Below are positions 1-8,895 of a stretch of 35,181 nt of DNA, in pieces. This DNA is from Actinoplanes sp. (lineage in GTDB: Bacteria > Actinomycetota > Actinomycetes > Mycobacteriales > Micromonosporaceae). The notes beneath the pieces are model-generated. The model made no database searches. It saw only the letters and a program-made list of their open reading frames with translations, and was not told the DNA's origin. How positions within the stretch are numbered: the stretch's first letter is position 1; each line of letters begins with the position of its first letter. The DNA is taken from positions 1-35,181 of the forward strand of contig DASRYP010000355.1 of the NCBI GenBank assembly GCA_035687165.1, written 5' to 3'. The translations under genes and the position numbers were made by a program.

Positions 1-1
1 C

Positions 2-652
2 CCGGCGGCGCTCGGCGCGACGATCAACGACGTGCTGCTCGGCGCGCTCGGCGTGGCCGTCACCCGGTGGAGCTCCGCGCCGGCCGTGGTGGTCGCTCTG
101 GAGGGCCACGGTCGGGAGGAGCACCTGGTGGCCGGGGCCGACCTCGCCGGCACGGTCGGCTGGTTCACCAACATTTTCCCGGTCCGCCTCGACACGTCCG
201 GGATCGATCTCGGCACCGGGGGAGCGGCGGTCGTCGCCGCCGTCGCCCGGGTGCGCTCGCAGTTGGCGTCCCTGCCCGACAACGGCATGGGCTACGGGCT
301 GCTGCGCTACCTCAACCCGTCCACCGGCCCGGCCCTGGCGGCCCTGCCGCACCCGCCGATCCAGTTCAACTACATGGGACGCTTCGACTTTCCCGAGGCG
401 GCCGACTGGGAGTACGCGCCCGAGGCCGAGGCCGCCGAGAACGGTGCCGACGACGCCATGCCCGAGACGTACGAGCTCGTCGTCAACGCGCAGACCGAGG
501 ACCGGCCCGGTGGTCCGCAACTGACCGCCACCTGGGCCTGGCCGTCCGCTCTGTTCGCCGAGGACGAGGTCGGCCGCCTCGCCCGAGCCTGGTTCGACGC
601 CCTGCAAGACCTGGTTTCCCACGTACCCCACTCGCCCGAGGAGATTCGATGA
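2..652 (+). CDS. NRPS C-terminal end, epimerization (E) domain (5' partial)
   Basis: The frame is open from the window edge. It carries the E-domain motifs NDVLLGALG (E3), EGHGRE (E4), [10 protein letters not shown] (E5), PDNGMGYG (E6) and FNYMGR (E7). The stop at 650-652 follows with no TE domain. Confidence 0.93.
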   Translation, partial: PAALGATINDVLLGALGVAVTRWSSAPAVVVALEGHGREEHLVAGADLAGTVGWFTNIFPVRLDTSGIDLGTGGAAVVAAVARVRSQLASLPDNGMGYGLLRYLNPSTGPALAALPHPPIQFNYMGRFDFPEAADWEYAPEAEAAENGADDAMPETYELVVNAQTEDRPGGPQLTATWAWPSALFAEDEVGRLARAWFDALQDLVSHVPHSPEEIR

Positions 653-858
653 GCACCAACCCGTTCGACAACGCCGACGGTACGTTCCTGGTCCTGGTCA
701 ACGACGAGAACCAGCACAGCCTCTGGCCCGTCTTCGCCGAGGTCCCGGCCGGCTGGCGCACCGTGCACGGCCCGGCCCCGCGCCAGGACTGCCTGGACTA
801 CGTCGACACCAACTGGACCGACATGCGCCCGCAGAGCCTGATCGACGCCGACCGCTGA
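649..858 (+). CDS. mbtH: MbtH-like NRPS accessory protein (69 aa)
   Basis: MSTNPFD...[13 protein letters not shown]...VPAGW...WTDMRPQSL, with the three conserved Trp. ATGA overlap with the NRPS stop. Confidence 0.97.
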   Translation: MSTNPFDNADGTFLVLVNDENQHSLWPVFAEVPAGWRTVHGPAPRQDCLDYVDTNWTDMRPQSLIDADR

Positions 859-1003
859 GAGCGGCGGCCCACCGAACCGGCCGAGCTGCCTGAATTGTCC
901 GATCAGGTGAAGGAGGGCGCTGATCAGACGAAAACGGTGGCTCGGACCGGCGCGGTGACCGACAGTGAGGGGAGCGAGTCCGACCGGCGCTGGGAGTGGC
1001 CCG

Positions 1004-1633
1004 ATGTCGCACGACCGTACTTCCCCGAGCGGCAGCATGTCACCGGGCCGCGGGGTTTCACCGGGCCGCGGCGTTTCACCGGGCCGACGGCGGAAGCCGC
1101 TCAGCCCGTTGCCCGCGGTGCTGCTGGCCGTGGCCGCGGTGGTGCTGCTGTTCCTGGCCGGCGTCGCGGTGCAGCGGCAGGGTGCGGCCACCGGCACGCC
1201 GGCCCAGGCCTCGCCGAGCCCCAAGGCGCCGCCGCCACTACCCGGGCTCGGCGCGAAGGTGCGCGACGGCCATTTCGAGTTCGTGGTCGCCAGAGTCGAC
1301 TGCTCACGCACGACTGTCGGCCTCGAGCACCTCAAGCGCACCGCGAAGGGCAAGTACTGCGTGGCCGTCCTGTCGGTGCGCAACTTCGACGACGAGCCGC
1401 ACTACTTCGTGGGCCGCGCGCAGAAGGCCTTCGACACCAAGGCCATCTCGTACGGCAACGACGATCTCGCCGGCCTCTACGCCAACCGTGACACCCAGAC
1501 GTTCCTGGAGAAGCTCGACCCTGGCGAGCGGGTCACCGGCCGGCTGGTCTTCGACGTCCCGAAGACGGTGAAACTCGCCGCCCTGGAACTGCACGACTCG
1601 CTGCTGTCGGGCGGGGTGAAGGTCACCGTCTGA
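1004..1633 (+). CDS. DUF4352-type membrane-anchored protein
   Basis: Basic N-terminus and one TM segment, then GAKVRDGHFEFVV...GKYCVAVLSVRN...GRLVFDVP...LELHDSLLSGGVKV. The start (ATG 1004) is uncertain. Confidence 0.75.
   Translation: MSHDRTSPSGSMSPGRGVSPGRGVSPGRRRKPLSPLPAVLLAVAAVVLLFLAGVAVQRQGAATGTPAQASPSPKAPPPLPGLGAKVRDGHFEFVVARVDCSRTTVGLEHLKRTAKGKYCVAVLSVRNFDDEPHYFVGRAQKAFDTKAISYGNDDLAGLYANRDTQTFLEKLDPGERVTGRLVFDVPKTVKLAALELHDSLLSGGVKVTV
1040..1086 (+). repeat. 18-bp tandem repeat (about 2.6 copies) encoding SPGRGV
   Basis: tcaccgggccgcggggtt / tcaccgggccgcggcgtt / tcaccgggccg. Confidence 0.9.
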
Positions 1634-1785
1634 GTCAAGCGAACACTTCGCGCCGCCCGGGAGCAGGCGCGGGCGGGGCCGGCGGGGGCGGGGCCGGCGG
1701 TCGGGGCATCGGTGAACGTCGAACGTTCGGGGGAGATCGACTCGCCGTCGGGCCGGTTAAGGTCGGGCCGTGATGCGGGAAGCGC

Positions 1786-1811
1786 TTCAGGCCACGGCTC
1801 GCCGCGCCGAA
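1786..1811 (+). promoter_or_regulatory. Putative FliA-family (sigma28) promoter TTCA-N16-GCCGAA
   Basis: ttca-ggccacggctcgccgc-gccgaa has one mismatch to the Actinoplanes CTCA-N15-17-GCCGAA consensus. An in-frame GTG lies 9 nt downstream. Confidence 0.6.
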
Positions 1812-1820
1812 AGAACGACG

Positions 1821-4151
1821 GTGGGGGGTCGCACTGCCCTGCGGTATGTGCGGGCCACCGTCGCGGTCGCCGCGATCGGCACCGTCTGGTGTGTGGTGTA
1901 TCTGAAAGCCGGAGTCGGCCCCGAAGCGTTCGCGTATGTGTTCGTCCCGATCAGTGGCGTGGTCGCGACCGCGTCCGTTCAGGACCTGATTCGGCGGGAC
2001 CGTGGCCTCGATCCGGTCGCCGGACGGTTCTGGCGCGCGGTCATGGTCGCCGTCGGCGTTATCACGGCCGGCTACGCCTGGCTGGCCGTGGACATGCTCG
2101 CCCACGTCGACCAGGTTCACACCCGCGGCATACCGGCACCGGCGGCGGCCTGCGCGGCCATCGGTTTCGTGATCGCCCTCTGGGCGCTGGGCCGGGTGCC
2201 GGTCGTGGCGGCCGGTGGTGCCGAGCGGTGGCGCGTGGTGCTGGACCGGATGATCGCGTTCCTGGGCTGCGCGGCCGTGTCGTGGTATCTCGGGCTGGCT
2301 CCGCTGCTGTCCGCCCGCGAGCCGTTGAGCGGGCCGGCGACGCTGCTGGTCGGGCTCGGTCTGCTGGTCGCGGTCGGTGCCGCGACGAAGGTGTCGTACC
2401 TCGTCGGCGGCCCGGTCGACCGCGTGGCGATCCGGTTCATCGCGGCCGCCGGAGGTGTACCGGCCGGGGTCGTCGCCGTGCTCACGGTGCAGTTCGGATT
2501 CCTCGCCAGTGTGCCGGCTCAGGCGATCGTCCTGCCGTTGGCCCCGCTGATGATCACGCTCGGCGTCGCTGCCCAGGGCCGCGCCGATGCCGGGCCGCGC
2601 CGCGATCCGGGCCGCCCGAGTGTGCTGTTGCCGTACCTGGCGATGATATTGGTCGACGTACCGCTGATCGGCGCCGCGTTCGGCACGCCGTTGCGCTGGC
2701 CGGTCGGGGTGGTCCTGATCGCCGCCGTCGTGGTGACCGCGTTGGTCATGGTCCGGCAATACCTCGCGTACCTGGAGAACGCCCGTCTGCTCCGGAACTC
2801 GCGCGTCCAGGAGGAACGGTTGCAGTACGAGGTCAGCCGCGACGGACTGACCGGGCTGGCCAACCGAGCCCTCTTCCGGGACCGGCTCACGATCGCGCTG
2901 GCCGCCACCGGTCCGGCCGCGGTTCTGCTCATCGACCTGGACGACTTCAAGACCGTCAACGACCTGCTCGGGCACGGGGTCGGCGACCGGCTGCTGGTCT
3001 CGGTGGCCGGGCTGCTGCAGGCCGAGGTGGGGGACAGCGGTCTGCCGGTACGGGTGGGGGGCGACGAGTTCGCCGCGGTGCTCACCGGCGCCGACCCCGA
3101 GGACCTGGCCGTCCGGCTGCTGGCCGCCCTGTCGCACCCGATCAGTGAGCACCGCCTGCTGGTGCAGGCCAGCATCGGGATCGCCGTCGCCGCGCCCGGC
3201 GCCACCGTCGACTCGATCCTGCGGAACGCCGACGTCGCGCTGTACACGGCCAAGCAGCAAGGCAAAGCGGGTTTCGTACGCTACGTGGACGGCATGGGGG
3301 AGCCCGTCCTGGCCCACATGCAGCTCGGGGGCGAGCTGCGGGGGGCCCTGGACAACGACGAGTTCCGGGTGGTCTACCAGCCGATCGTGCGGCTGGACGA
3401 CAACCGCCTGATCGGGGTCGAGGCCCTGGTCCGCTGGCAGCACTCGACCCGCGGGGTGGTCGGTCCGGGCGAGTTCATCCCGGCCGCCGAACGGACCGGC
3501 CTGATCGTGCCGTTGGGCCGGTTCGTGCTGCGCGAGACCTGTCGCCAGGCCGCGGCGTGGCTGGCCGAGTTCGGGCCGGACGCGCTGAAGGAGGCCGGGC
3601 TGAACGTGTCGGCGCGGCAGTTGCACGACCCCGACTTCGTGTCGGACGTGGCCGGTGCGCTCGCCGACAGCGGGCTGCCCTGCGAGCGGCTGGTCCTCGA
3701 GGTGACCGAGTCGGCGGTGCTGCGCGGCCAGCAGGTCTCCCGGGCGCTGCACGAACTCGACCGGATGGGTGTCCGTCTGGCCCTGGACGACTTCGGCACC
3801 GGCGAGTCGTCGCTGAGCCTGTTGCGGGCCTTCCCCGCCGCGATCGTCAAGCTGGACAAGTCGTTCGTGGACGGGATCGAGATCGACGACGGCCAACCGG
3901 CCGCCGCCGACGCCCGGCAGGCGGTGGCCCGGGCGGTGATCCAGCTCGCGCACGCGCTCGGCCTGGACACCGTGGCCGAGGGGATCGAGAACCCCGAGCA
4001 GGTGGCCGCCCTCCGCGAGCTCGGCTACACCCTCGGCCAGGGCTTCCACCTGGCCGAGCCGATGACCGCCGAGGCCGTGTCGCGCCTGCTGGCCCGCCAG
4101 TGTTCCGGGACGCTGTCGGCCCCGGCGGAGATCGGTACTCAGGCGCGATAA
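1821..4151 (+). CDS. Membrane-bound diguanylate cyclase/phosphodiesterase (GGDEF-EAL)
   Basis: Multi-TM N-terminus; DGLTGLANR, DLDDFKTVND and GGDEF; EAL, LEVTES, LDDFGTG and VAEGIE. The ORF track starts at 1770, but GTG 1821 is preferred because of the promoter position. Confidence 0.93.
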   Translation: MGGRTALRYVRATVAVAAIGTVWCVVYLKAGVGPEAFAYVFVPISGVVATASVQDLIRRDRGLDPVAGRFWRAVMVAVGVITAGYAWLAVDMLAHVDQVHTRGIPAPAAACAAIGFVIALWALGRVPVVAAGGAERWRVVLDRMIAFLGCAAVSWYLGLAPLLSAREPLSGPATLLVGLGLLVAVGAATKVSYLVGGPVDRVAIRFIAAAGGVPAGVVAVLTVQFGFLASVPAQAIVLPLAPLMITLGVAAQGRADAGPRRDPGRPSVLLPYLAMILVDVPLIGAAFGTPLRWPVGVVLIAAVVVTALVMVRQYLAYLENARLLRNSRVQEERLQYEVSRDGLTGLANRALFRDRLTIALAATGPAAVLLIDLDDFKTVNDLLGHGVGDRLLVSVAGLLQAEVGDSGLPVRVGGDEFAAVLTGADPEDLAVRLLAALSHPISEHRLLVQASIGIAVAAPGATVDSILRNADVALYTAKQQGKAGFVRYVDGMGEPVLAHMQLGGELRGALDNDEFRVVYQPIVRLDDNRLIGVEALVRWQHSTRGVVGPGEFIPAAERTGLIVPLGRFVLRETCRQAAAWLAEFGPDALKEAGLNVSARQLHDPDFVSDVAGALADSGLPCERLVLEVTESAVLRGQQVSRALHELDRMGVRLALDDFGTGESSLSLLRAFPAAIVKLDKSFVDGIEIDDGQPAAADARQAVARAVIQLAHALGLDTVAEGIENPEQVAALRELGYTLGQGFHLAEPMTAEAVSRLLARQCSGTLSAPAEIGTQAR

Positions 4152-4282
4152 CGGCTGCGCAACTCGCTCGCCTGGGCGGTGGTGTCGGCGACGACCGCCG
4201 CCGCGCCCTTGACCGAGTCGACCAGGCCGACGCCCTGACCGCTGAGCAGAGCCATCTCCTCCCGTTCCGCCGCACTGTTCAC
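4139..4282 (-). pseudogene. Remnant of a nitronate monooxygenase-family gene (C-terminal part, 47-aa ORF)
   Basis: VNSAAEREEMALLSGQGVGLVDSVKGAAAVVADTTAQA resembles the GQGVGL C-terminal signature of the family. Its GTG overlaps the upstream TGA. Confidence 0.6.
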
Positions 4283-4956
4283 CGCGTGGGGATCGGGCCG
4301 GGCGTGGCGGCTGGGCCGTGGTCCTCGAAGTCGTACGTCGTGGTCAGGCCTTCGGGGAGGTCGGGGACCAGGGCGTTGGTGCCGTCGACGACCTGGACGT
4401 AACGGCGGCCCTGGAAGATCGAGTAGCTTCCGTCGGCGACGCGGTCGATGCGGAAGAGCTGCGCTGTCGCGGCCGGGTCGCAGGTGCGCACGCGCACGCT
4501 GCCCGGGGCGGCGTCGTGCACGGCCGTCATACAGACCTGGTTGCCGTCGCGCGGCGCGGCCAGCGTGATGCGGAATCGGTTGCCCTCGGGGCGCAGGACC
4601 CATAGCGACGGCTCGGTCGTGGCCCGTACCCGATCGTCGTCCTGGCCGACCGCCAGCGCCGTCCCTTTCAGCCCCGGCACGAGCACCCGGGCCTGCCGCC
4701 GGCCGCCCAGAATGTCCTGCGGGCCCGCCGAGGTGGTGGGCGCGACCCAGCGCGCGGTGCCCACCACCTCGCCCGGTTTCAGCAGCAGCGGTGTGCCGGC
4801 CGCCACGGCCAGCGCGACCAGCCCCGCGCCGGCGCCGGCCAGCCGACGCCGCCGGCGTTTGTCGCTGCGGTGACGCAACGTCTGCGCCGCGGGCAGCACC
4901 GTGACACGCCGGATCTCGTCGGCGATCGCCTTGAGGCCGTCGTCCGGGTCAGCCAT
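4279..4956 (-). CDS. Putative anti-sigma factor, single TM, with an extracellular ricin-B/beta-trefoil-like domain
   Basis: Overlaps the ECF sigma stop. Short cytoplasmic N-terminus, an RRRRR patch and a TM, then VCMTA...VRTCDPAATAQLF (C-C-QxF, lectin-like). Confidence 0.7.
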   Translation of the reverse strand: MADPDDGLKAIADEIRRVTVLPAAQTLRHRSDKRRRRRLAGAGAGLVALAVAAGTPLLLKPGEVVGTARWVAPTTSAGPQDILGGRRQARVLVPGLKGTALAVGQDDDRVRATTEPSLWVLRPEGNRFRITLAAPRDGNQVCMTAVHDAAPGSVRVRTCDPAATAQLFRIDRVADGSYSIFQGRRYVQVVDGTNALVPDLPEGLTTTYDFEDHGPAATPGPIPTR

Positions 4957-5461
4957 GCGTCGGCTCCTGGGTCGGCGCCGGGGTCGGCTCCTGGGTCAGC
5001 ATTCCGGCCATCGCCCGCCGGCCGCGGACGAGGTACGCCTTGACGGTCCCGACGGGCACCTGCATCTCGGCGGCCACGTCGGCGACGCTGAGATCGTTCA
5101 GGTGGTGCAGCACGACGGCACGGCGTTCCTTGGGGCTCAACCGCTGCAGTGCCTGAAGTAACGCTACGTGGTCCTCGTTGAGGCCGGGCACGCTCTGGTC
5201 GCCGGTCGCCCGGTGGTGTGCGCGTATCCGGTTGAACGTCTTGCGCCAACTGCTCACCGCGGCGCGGGAGGCGACCCGGCGTACCCAGGCCTCCGGGCTG
5301 TCCGCCGCCCGTACCTTGGGCCAGTGCTGCCAGGCGCGCATGAACGCCTCGGCCACGGCGTCCTCGGCCTCGGTGCGGTTGCCGGTCAAGGCGTAGACGT
5401 GTCCCACGACCCGTCCCGCACAGGCCGCGTAGAGGGCGTCGAACTCTTCGGCATCACGCAT
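4949..5461 (-). CDS. ECF RNA polymerase sigma factor (SigE-like)
   Basis: Region 2: FDALY...AEDAVAEAFMRAWQHW...PEAWVRRVA. Region 4: LQRLSPKERRAVVLHH...SVADVAAEM...GTVK. Start taken at MRDAEEF. Confidence 0.93.
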   Translation of the reverse strand: MRDAEEFDALYAACAGRVVGHVYALTGNRTEAEDAVAEAFMRAWQHWPKVRAADSPEAWVRRVASRAAVSSWRKTFNRIRAHHRATGDQSVPGLNEDHVALLQALQRLSPKERRAVVLHHLNDLSVADVAAEMQVPVGTVKAYLVRGRRAMAGMLTQEPTPAPTQEPTHG

Positions 5462-5577
5462 GTGACCTGCGCCCCTCCGAAGCCTCGTCCCGTTGTGCCG
5501 TCGCATGGAACCCCGCGAGGGCACCCGGCCGAACAGGCGCGGGGTGAGTTAGTGATCATCGTCACCCTCCTGGTGAT

Positions 5578-5602
5578 CAACCGGCCGGCCGGGTCAGGCG
5601 TC
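5578..5602 (+). promoter_or_regulatory. Putative ECF (SigE-type) promoter CAAC-N17-CGTC upstream of the protease
   Basis: caac-cggccggccgggtcagg-cgtc ends 43 nt before the protease start. Confidence 0.45.
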
Positions 5603-5645
5603 ATCGTGCCGAACCCCGGGACGGGCCCGTGGCGGAGAGGACGAT

Positions 5646-8600
5646 GTGCGACGACGGCAACGACGCGCCCTGACAGCCGGAGCGCTCGCGACTGCACTGG
5701 TCGTGGCGGGCCTGGCGGCGCATCCCGCGAACGCGCAGGTGAAGCCGCACGGCGTGCCCGGCGGGCCCGGAACTCCCGGCACCTTCACGCTGATCACCGG
5801 CGACCGGGTGACGCTGGACGCGAAGGGTGTCACGGAGATTCAGCGGGCCCCCGGCCGGGCCGGCATGCGGTTCGTGAGCAGCCGGGAGGGTGGCCACCAG
5901 TACGTCGTCCCGGCGGACGCGGCGCCGCTGCTGCGCGACGGACGGCTCGACCGCCGGCTGTTCGACCTCACCGCGCTCGGTGAGTTCGGCTACGACGACC
6001 GGGCGGCCGACCTGCCGCTGCTGGTCGCCTACCCGGACGACGCGGCCCGGGCGCGGTCCGCCGCCGTCGGAGGTGACGCCCGGGTGCGGGCCGACCTGCC
6101 CGCCGTCCAGGCGCTGGCCGTCCGGGCGAGCCGGGACGACCGGGCCACTCTCTGGGCGTCGCTCACCCGCGGCACGACCGCCGTGCGTACGCTCACTCCC
6201 GGCGTCACCCACGTCTGGCTGGACGGCAAGCGGAAGGTCTCCCTGGACCGCAGCGTGCCGCAGATCGGCGCCCCGGCGGCCTGGGCGGCCGGCTACGACG
6301 GCACCGGCGTCACCGTCGCCGTGCTGGACACCGGGATCGACGCCGGGCACCCCGACTTCGCCGGGCACCTCGCGGAGGTCCGGGACTTCACCGGCGGCAA
6401 CGACCCCAGCGACAACGTCGGCCACGGCACCCATGTGGCGTCGACCATCGTGGGCAGCGGAGCGGCCTCCGGCGGTAAGTACCGCGGCGTGGCCCCGGGC
6501 GCGAAGCTGCTGGTCGGCAAGGTGTGTGCGACGACGGAGTGCCAGGACTCGGACATCATCACCGCCATGCAGTGGGCCGCGCCGCGGACGCGGGTGGTTA
6601 GCATGAGCATCGGTGGCACCGACACGCCGGGCCTCGACCCGCTGGAGACCGCGGTCCAGGACCTGAGCCACCAGTACGGCACGTTGTTCGTGGTCGCCGC
6701 CGGCAACGAGGGCAAGCCGAAGTCGGTATCCTCGCCCGCCACCGCGGACGACGCCCTCGCCGTCGCGGCCGTCGACGCCGACGACGTACGGGCGTACTTC
6801 TCCAGCCGTGGTCCCCGCCTCGGCGACGACCACATCAAGCCGGAGATCAGCGCCCCCGGCGTCGACATCGTGGCGGCCGCGCCCGGCGGCGGCTACCAGC
6901 CCATGTCCGGCACGTCGATGGCCACCCCGCACGTCGCCGGCGCGGCCGCGATCCTCGCCGGGCAGCACCCGGCCTGGACCGGGCCGCAGCTCAAGGCCGC
7001 GCTCATGGACTCGGCCGAGCCGGGCGCCGAGGACAGCCTGTACGAGCAGGGCGCGGGCCGGGTGGACGTCGCCCGCGCGGTGGCCCAGCCGGTCGTCGCC
7101 GACGTGCCCGCCATCGACTTCCCGGTGCAGCGCTGGCCGCACGCCGACGACACCCCGATCAGCCAGGTCGTCGGCTACCGCAACACGGGCACCGCGCCGG
7201 TCACCCTCGCGCTGACCGTCGCCCCGGCCCCGGCCGGCATGCTCACCGTCAGCCCGGCCACCCTGGTCGTGCCGGCCGGCGGTCACGCCCAGGCGACGAT
7301 CACCGTGGACACCCGGGTCAACGCGCCCGACGGCGTCTACCAGGGTGCGTTGACCGCCGTCGGCGCCGGGGACCTGCGGGTCCGCACGCCGTTCGCGCTG
7401 AACCGCGAGATCGAGAGCTACGACGTCCACGTCCCGCACACCGGGCGGGACGGCAAGCCGGCGACCGACTACACCACCGTGGCGGCGAACCTGACCACCG
7501 GTGAGCTCACCACGCTGACCGGGCAGCCCGGCGGTGGCACGCTGCGGCTGGCCACGGGCCGGTACGCGTTCTACAGCACCATCCACGAGGGCGACATGTC
7601 GAGCCTGCTCGTGCAGCCGGTCCTGGACGTGCACGGCGCGGTCACCGAGGCGGTCGACGCCCGGACGGCCAAGCCGGTCGCTGTGACCGTGGCCCAGCGG
7701 GACGCCGCACCGACCGGGATCAACGTGAGCGCGAACTGGGACGATGGTTTCCGTTACCCCGGCGTGCAGCTCAGCGGAGTGTCGTTCGCGGACGTCTTCT
7801 TCGGCCGGCTCGGACCCGCGGTCACGGCCCCCGAGTTCACCGCTACGCTGGGCGTCGGGCTCGCCCGCCCGGGACGGAACAGCCCCTACACGTACGATCT
7901 GGCGTACGTCAGCAAGGGCGACATGGTCACCGGCCTGTCGAAGAAGCTGTCGTCGGCCAACCTCGCCACCGTGAAGGCGACCTACCGGAGCCAGTCGAGC
8001 GCGACGACCGGCGTCCGCTTCCACCGTGCGGCGGCTCCCGGCGGCTCCGGCCCGATCGGTTCCAGCACGCCGTTCGACCTGCCGTTCCACTCCACCGAGT
8101 ACTACAACACCGACGGTGGCATCGTTTGGACCTCGACGTTCCTCGAAGGCGCGAATCTGACCACCCAGGAGTCGACCTTCAAGCCCGGCAAGTCGTACGC
8201 CCAGATCTGGAACGCGGCCCCCTTCGGCCCCACGCTGAGTCAGCCGCCGGCCTGGTCGCCGACGGGGTACGTGGGTCGTAACGGGGACACCGTCTCGATC
8301 GCCGCACCGCCGATGTTCGGCGACGCCACCGGTCGTCCCGGGAGCCGCGACGACGTGCGGGTCCACCTCCGGCTGTCGCGCGACGGCACGGAGATCGGTG
8401 CCTCGGACAGCCCGTACGCGGACTTCGCGGTGCCCGCCGCCAAAGCCACCTATCGCCTCGAGGCGACGGCGACCCGCGGCGCCCCGGACACCCTGTCGAC
8501 CTCGGTCTCGGTGGCCTGGACGTTCACCTCGGCCCACTCGGCGGCGCCGGAGCGGCTGCCCCTGACGACGGCTCGGCCCACGCCGGTGCTCGACGAAACG

Positions 8601-8864
8601 AACACGGCCCGGGCGGGCCTGCCGTTGCTGATCCCGGTGGCGCTGGACCGGCAGACCGGCTCGAAGGTCGCGGCCAACCGCAAGCTCGGCGTCTCGGTCT
8701 CGTTCGACGACGGCAAGACCTGGTTCACGGCGCCGATGCTCGGCAACGTCGCCCTCGTCCTGCACCCGCGCCGGTCCGGTTTCGTCTCGCTGCGGGTGAC
8801 GGCCACCGACACCGCGGGCGATTCGGTGACCCAGACGATCCTGCGGGCGTACCGGATCGCCTGA
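5646..8864 (+). CDS. Secreted subtilisin-family (S8) serine peptidase, 1072 aa
   Basis: Signal peptide; catalytic motifs VAVLDTG, HGTHVA and GTSMATP; oxyanion AAGN; long C-terminal extension; GAGAGGA RBS. Confidence 0.95.
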   Translation: MRRRQRRALTAGALATALVVAGLAAHPANAQVKPHGVPGGPGTPGTFTLITGDRVTLDAKGVTEIQRAPGRAGMRFVSSREGGHQYVVPADAAPLLRDGRLDRRLFDLTALGEFGYDDRAADLPLLVAYPDDAARARSAAVGGDARVRADLPAVQALAVRASRDDRATLWASLTRGTTAVRTLTPGVTHVWLDGKRKVSLDRSVPQIGAPAAWAAGYDGTGVTVAVLDTGIDAGHPDFAGHLAEVRDFTGGNDPSDNVGHGTHVASTIVGSGAASGGKYRGVAPGAKLLVGKVCATTECQDSDIITAMQWAAPRTRVVSMSIGGTDTPGLDPLETAVQDLSHQYGTLFVVAAGNEGKPKSVSSPATADDALAVAAVDADDVRAYFSSRGPRLGDDHIKPEISAPGVDIVAAAPGGGYQPMSGTSMATPHVAGAAAILAGQHPAWTGPQLKAALMDSAEPGAEDSLYEQGAGRVDVARAVAQPVVADVPAIDFPVQRWPHADDTPISQVVGYRNTGTAPVTLALTVAPAPAGMLTVSPATLVVPAGGHAQATITVDTRVNAPDGVYQGALTAVGAGDLRVRTPFALNREIESYDVHVPHTGRDGKPATDYTTVAANLTTGELTTLTGQPGGGTLRLATGRYAFYSTIHEGDMSSLLVQPVLDVHGAVTEAVDARTAKPVAVTVAQRDAAPTGINVSANWDDGFRYPGVQLSGVSFADVFFGRLGPAVTAPEFTATLGVGLARPGRNSPYTYDLAYVSKGDMVTGLSKKLSSANLATVKATYRSQSSATTGVRFHRAAAPGGSGPIGSSTPFDLPFHSTEYYNTDGGIVWTSTFLEGANLTTQESTFKPGKSYAQIWNAAPFGPTLSQPPAWSPTGYVGRNGDTVSIAAPPMFGDATGRPGSRDDVRVHLRLSRDGTEIGASDSPYADFAVPAAKATYRLEATATRGAPDTLSTSVSVAWTFTSAHSAAPERLPLTTARPTPVLDETNTARAGLPLLIPVALDRQTGSKVAANRKLGVSVSFDDGKTWFTAPMLGNVALVLHPRRSGFVSLRVTATDTAGDSVTQTILRAYRIA

Positions 8865-8895
8865 CCTACGGCTCGGGTCCGGCAACCGCCGTCGG

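Noticed and set aside
1639-1729. GAAC...TTC palindromes as possible LexA boxes
   Set aside because: The spacers do not fit the actinobacterial TCGAAC-N4-GTTCGA pattern.
1635-4049. Long antisense ORFs (804 aa here; also 5601-8975, 10485-11957, 24605-25933, 26867-28396)
   Set aside because: They are shadow frames of real high-GC genes on the opposite strand and carry no family motifs.
5562-5576. tcacc-N5-ggtga as a BldD or CRP site
   Set aside because: The spacing is TCAC-N7-GTGA, which fits neither the BldD (N5) nor the CRP (GTGA-N6-TCAC) consensus.
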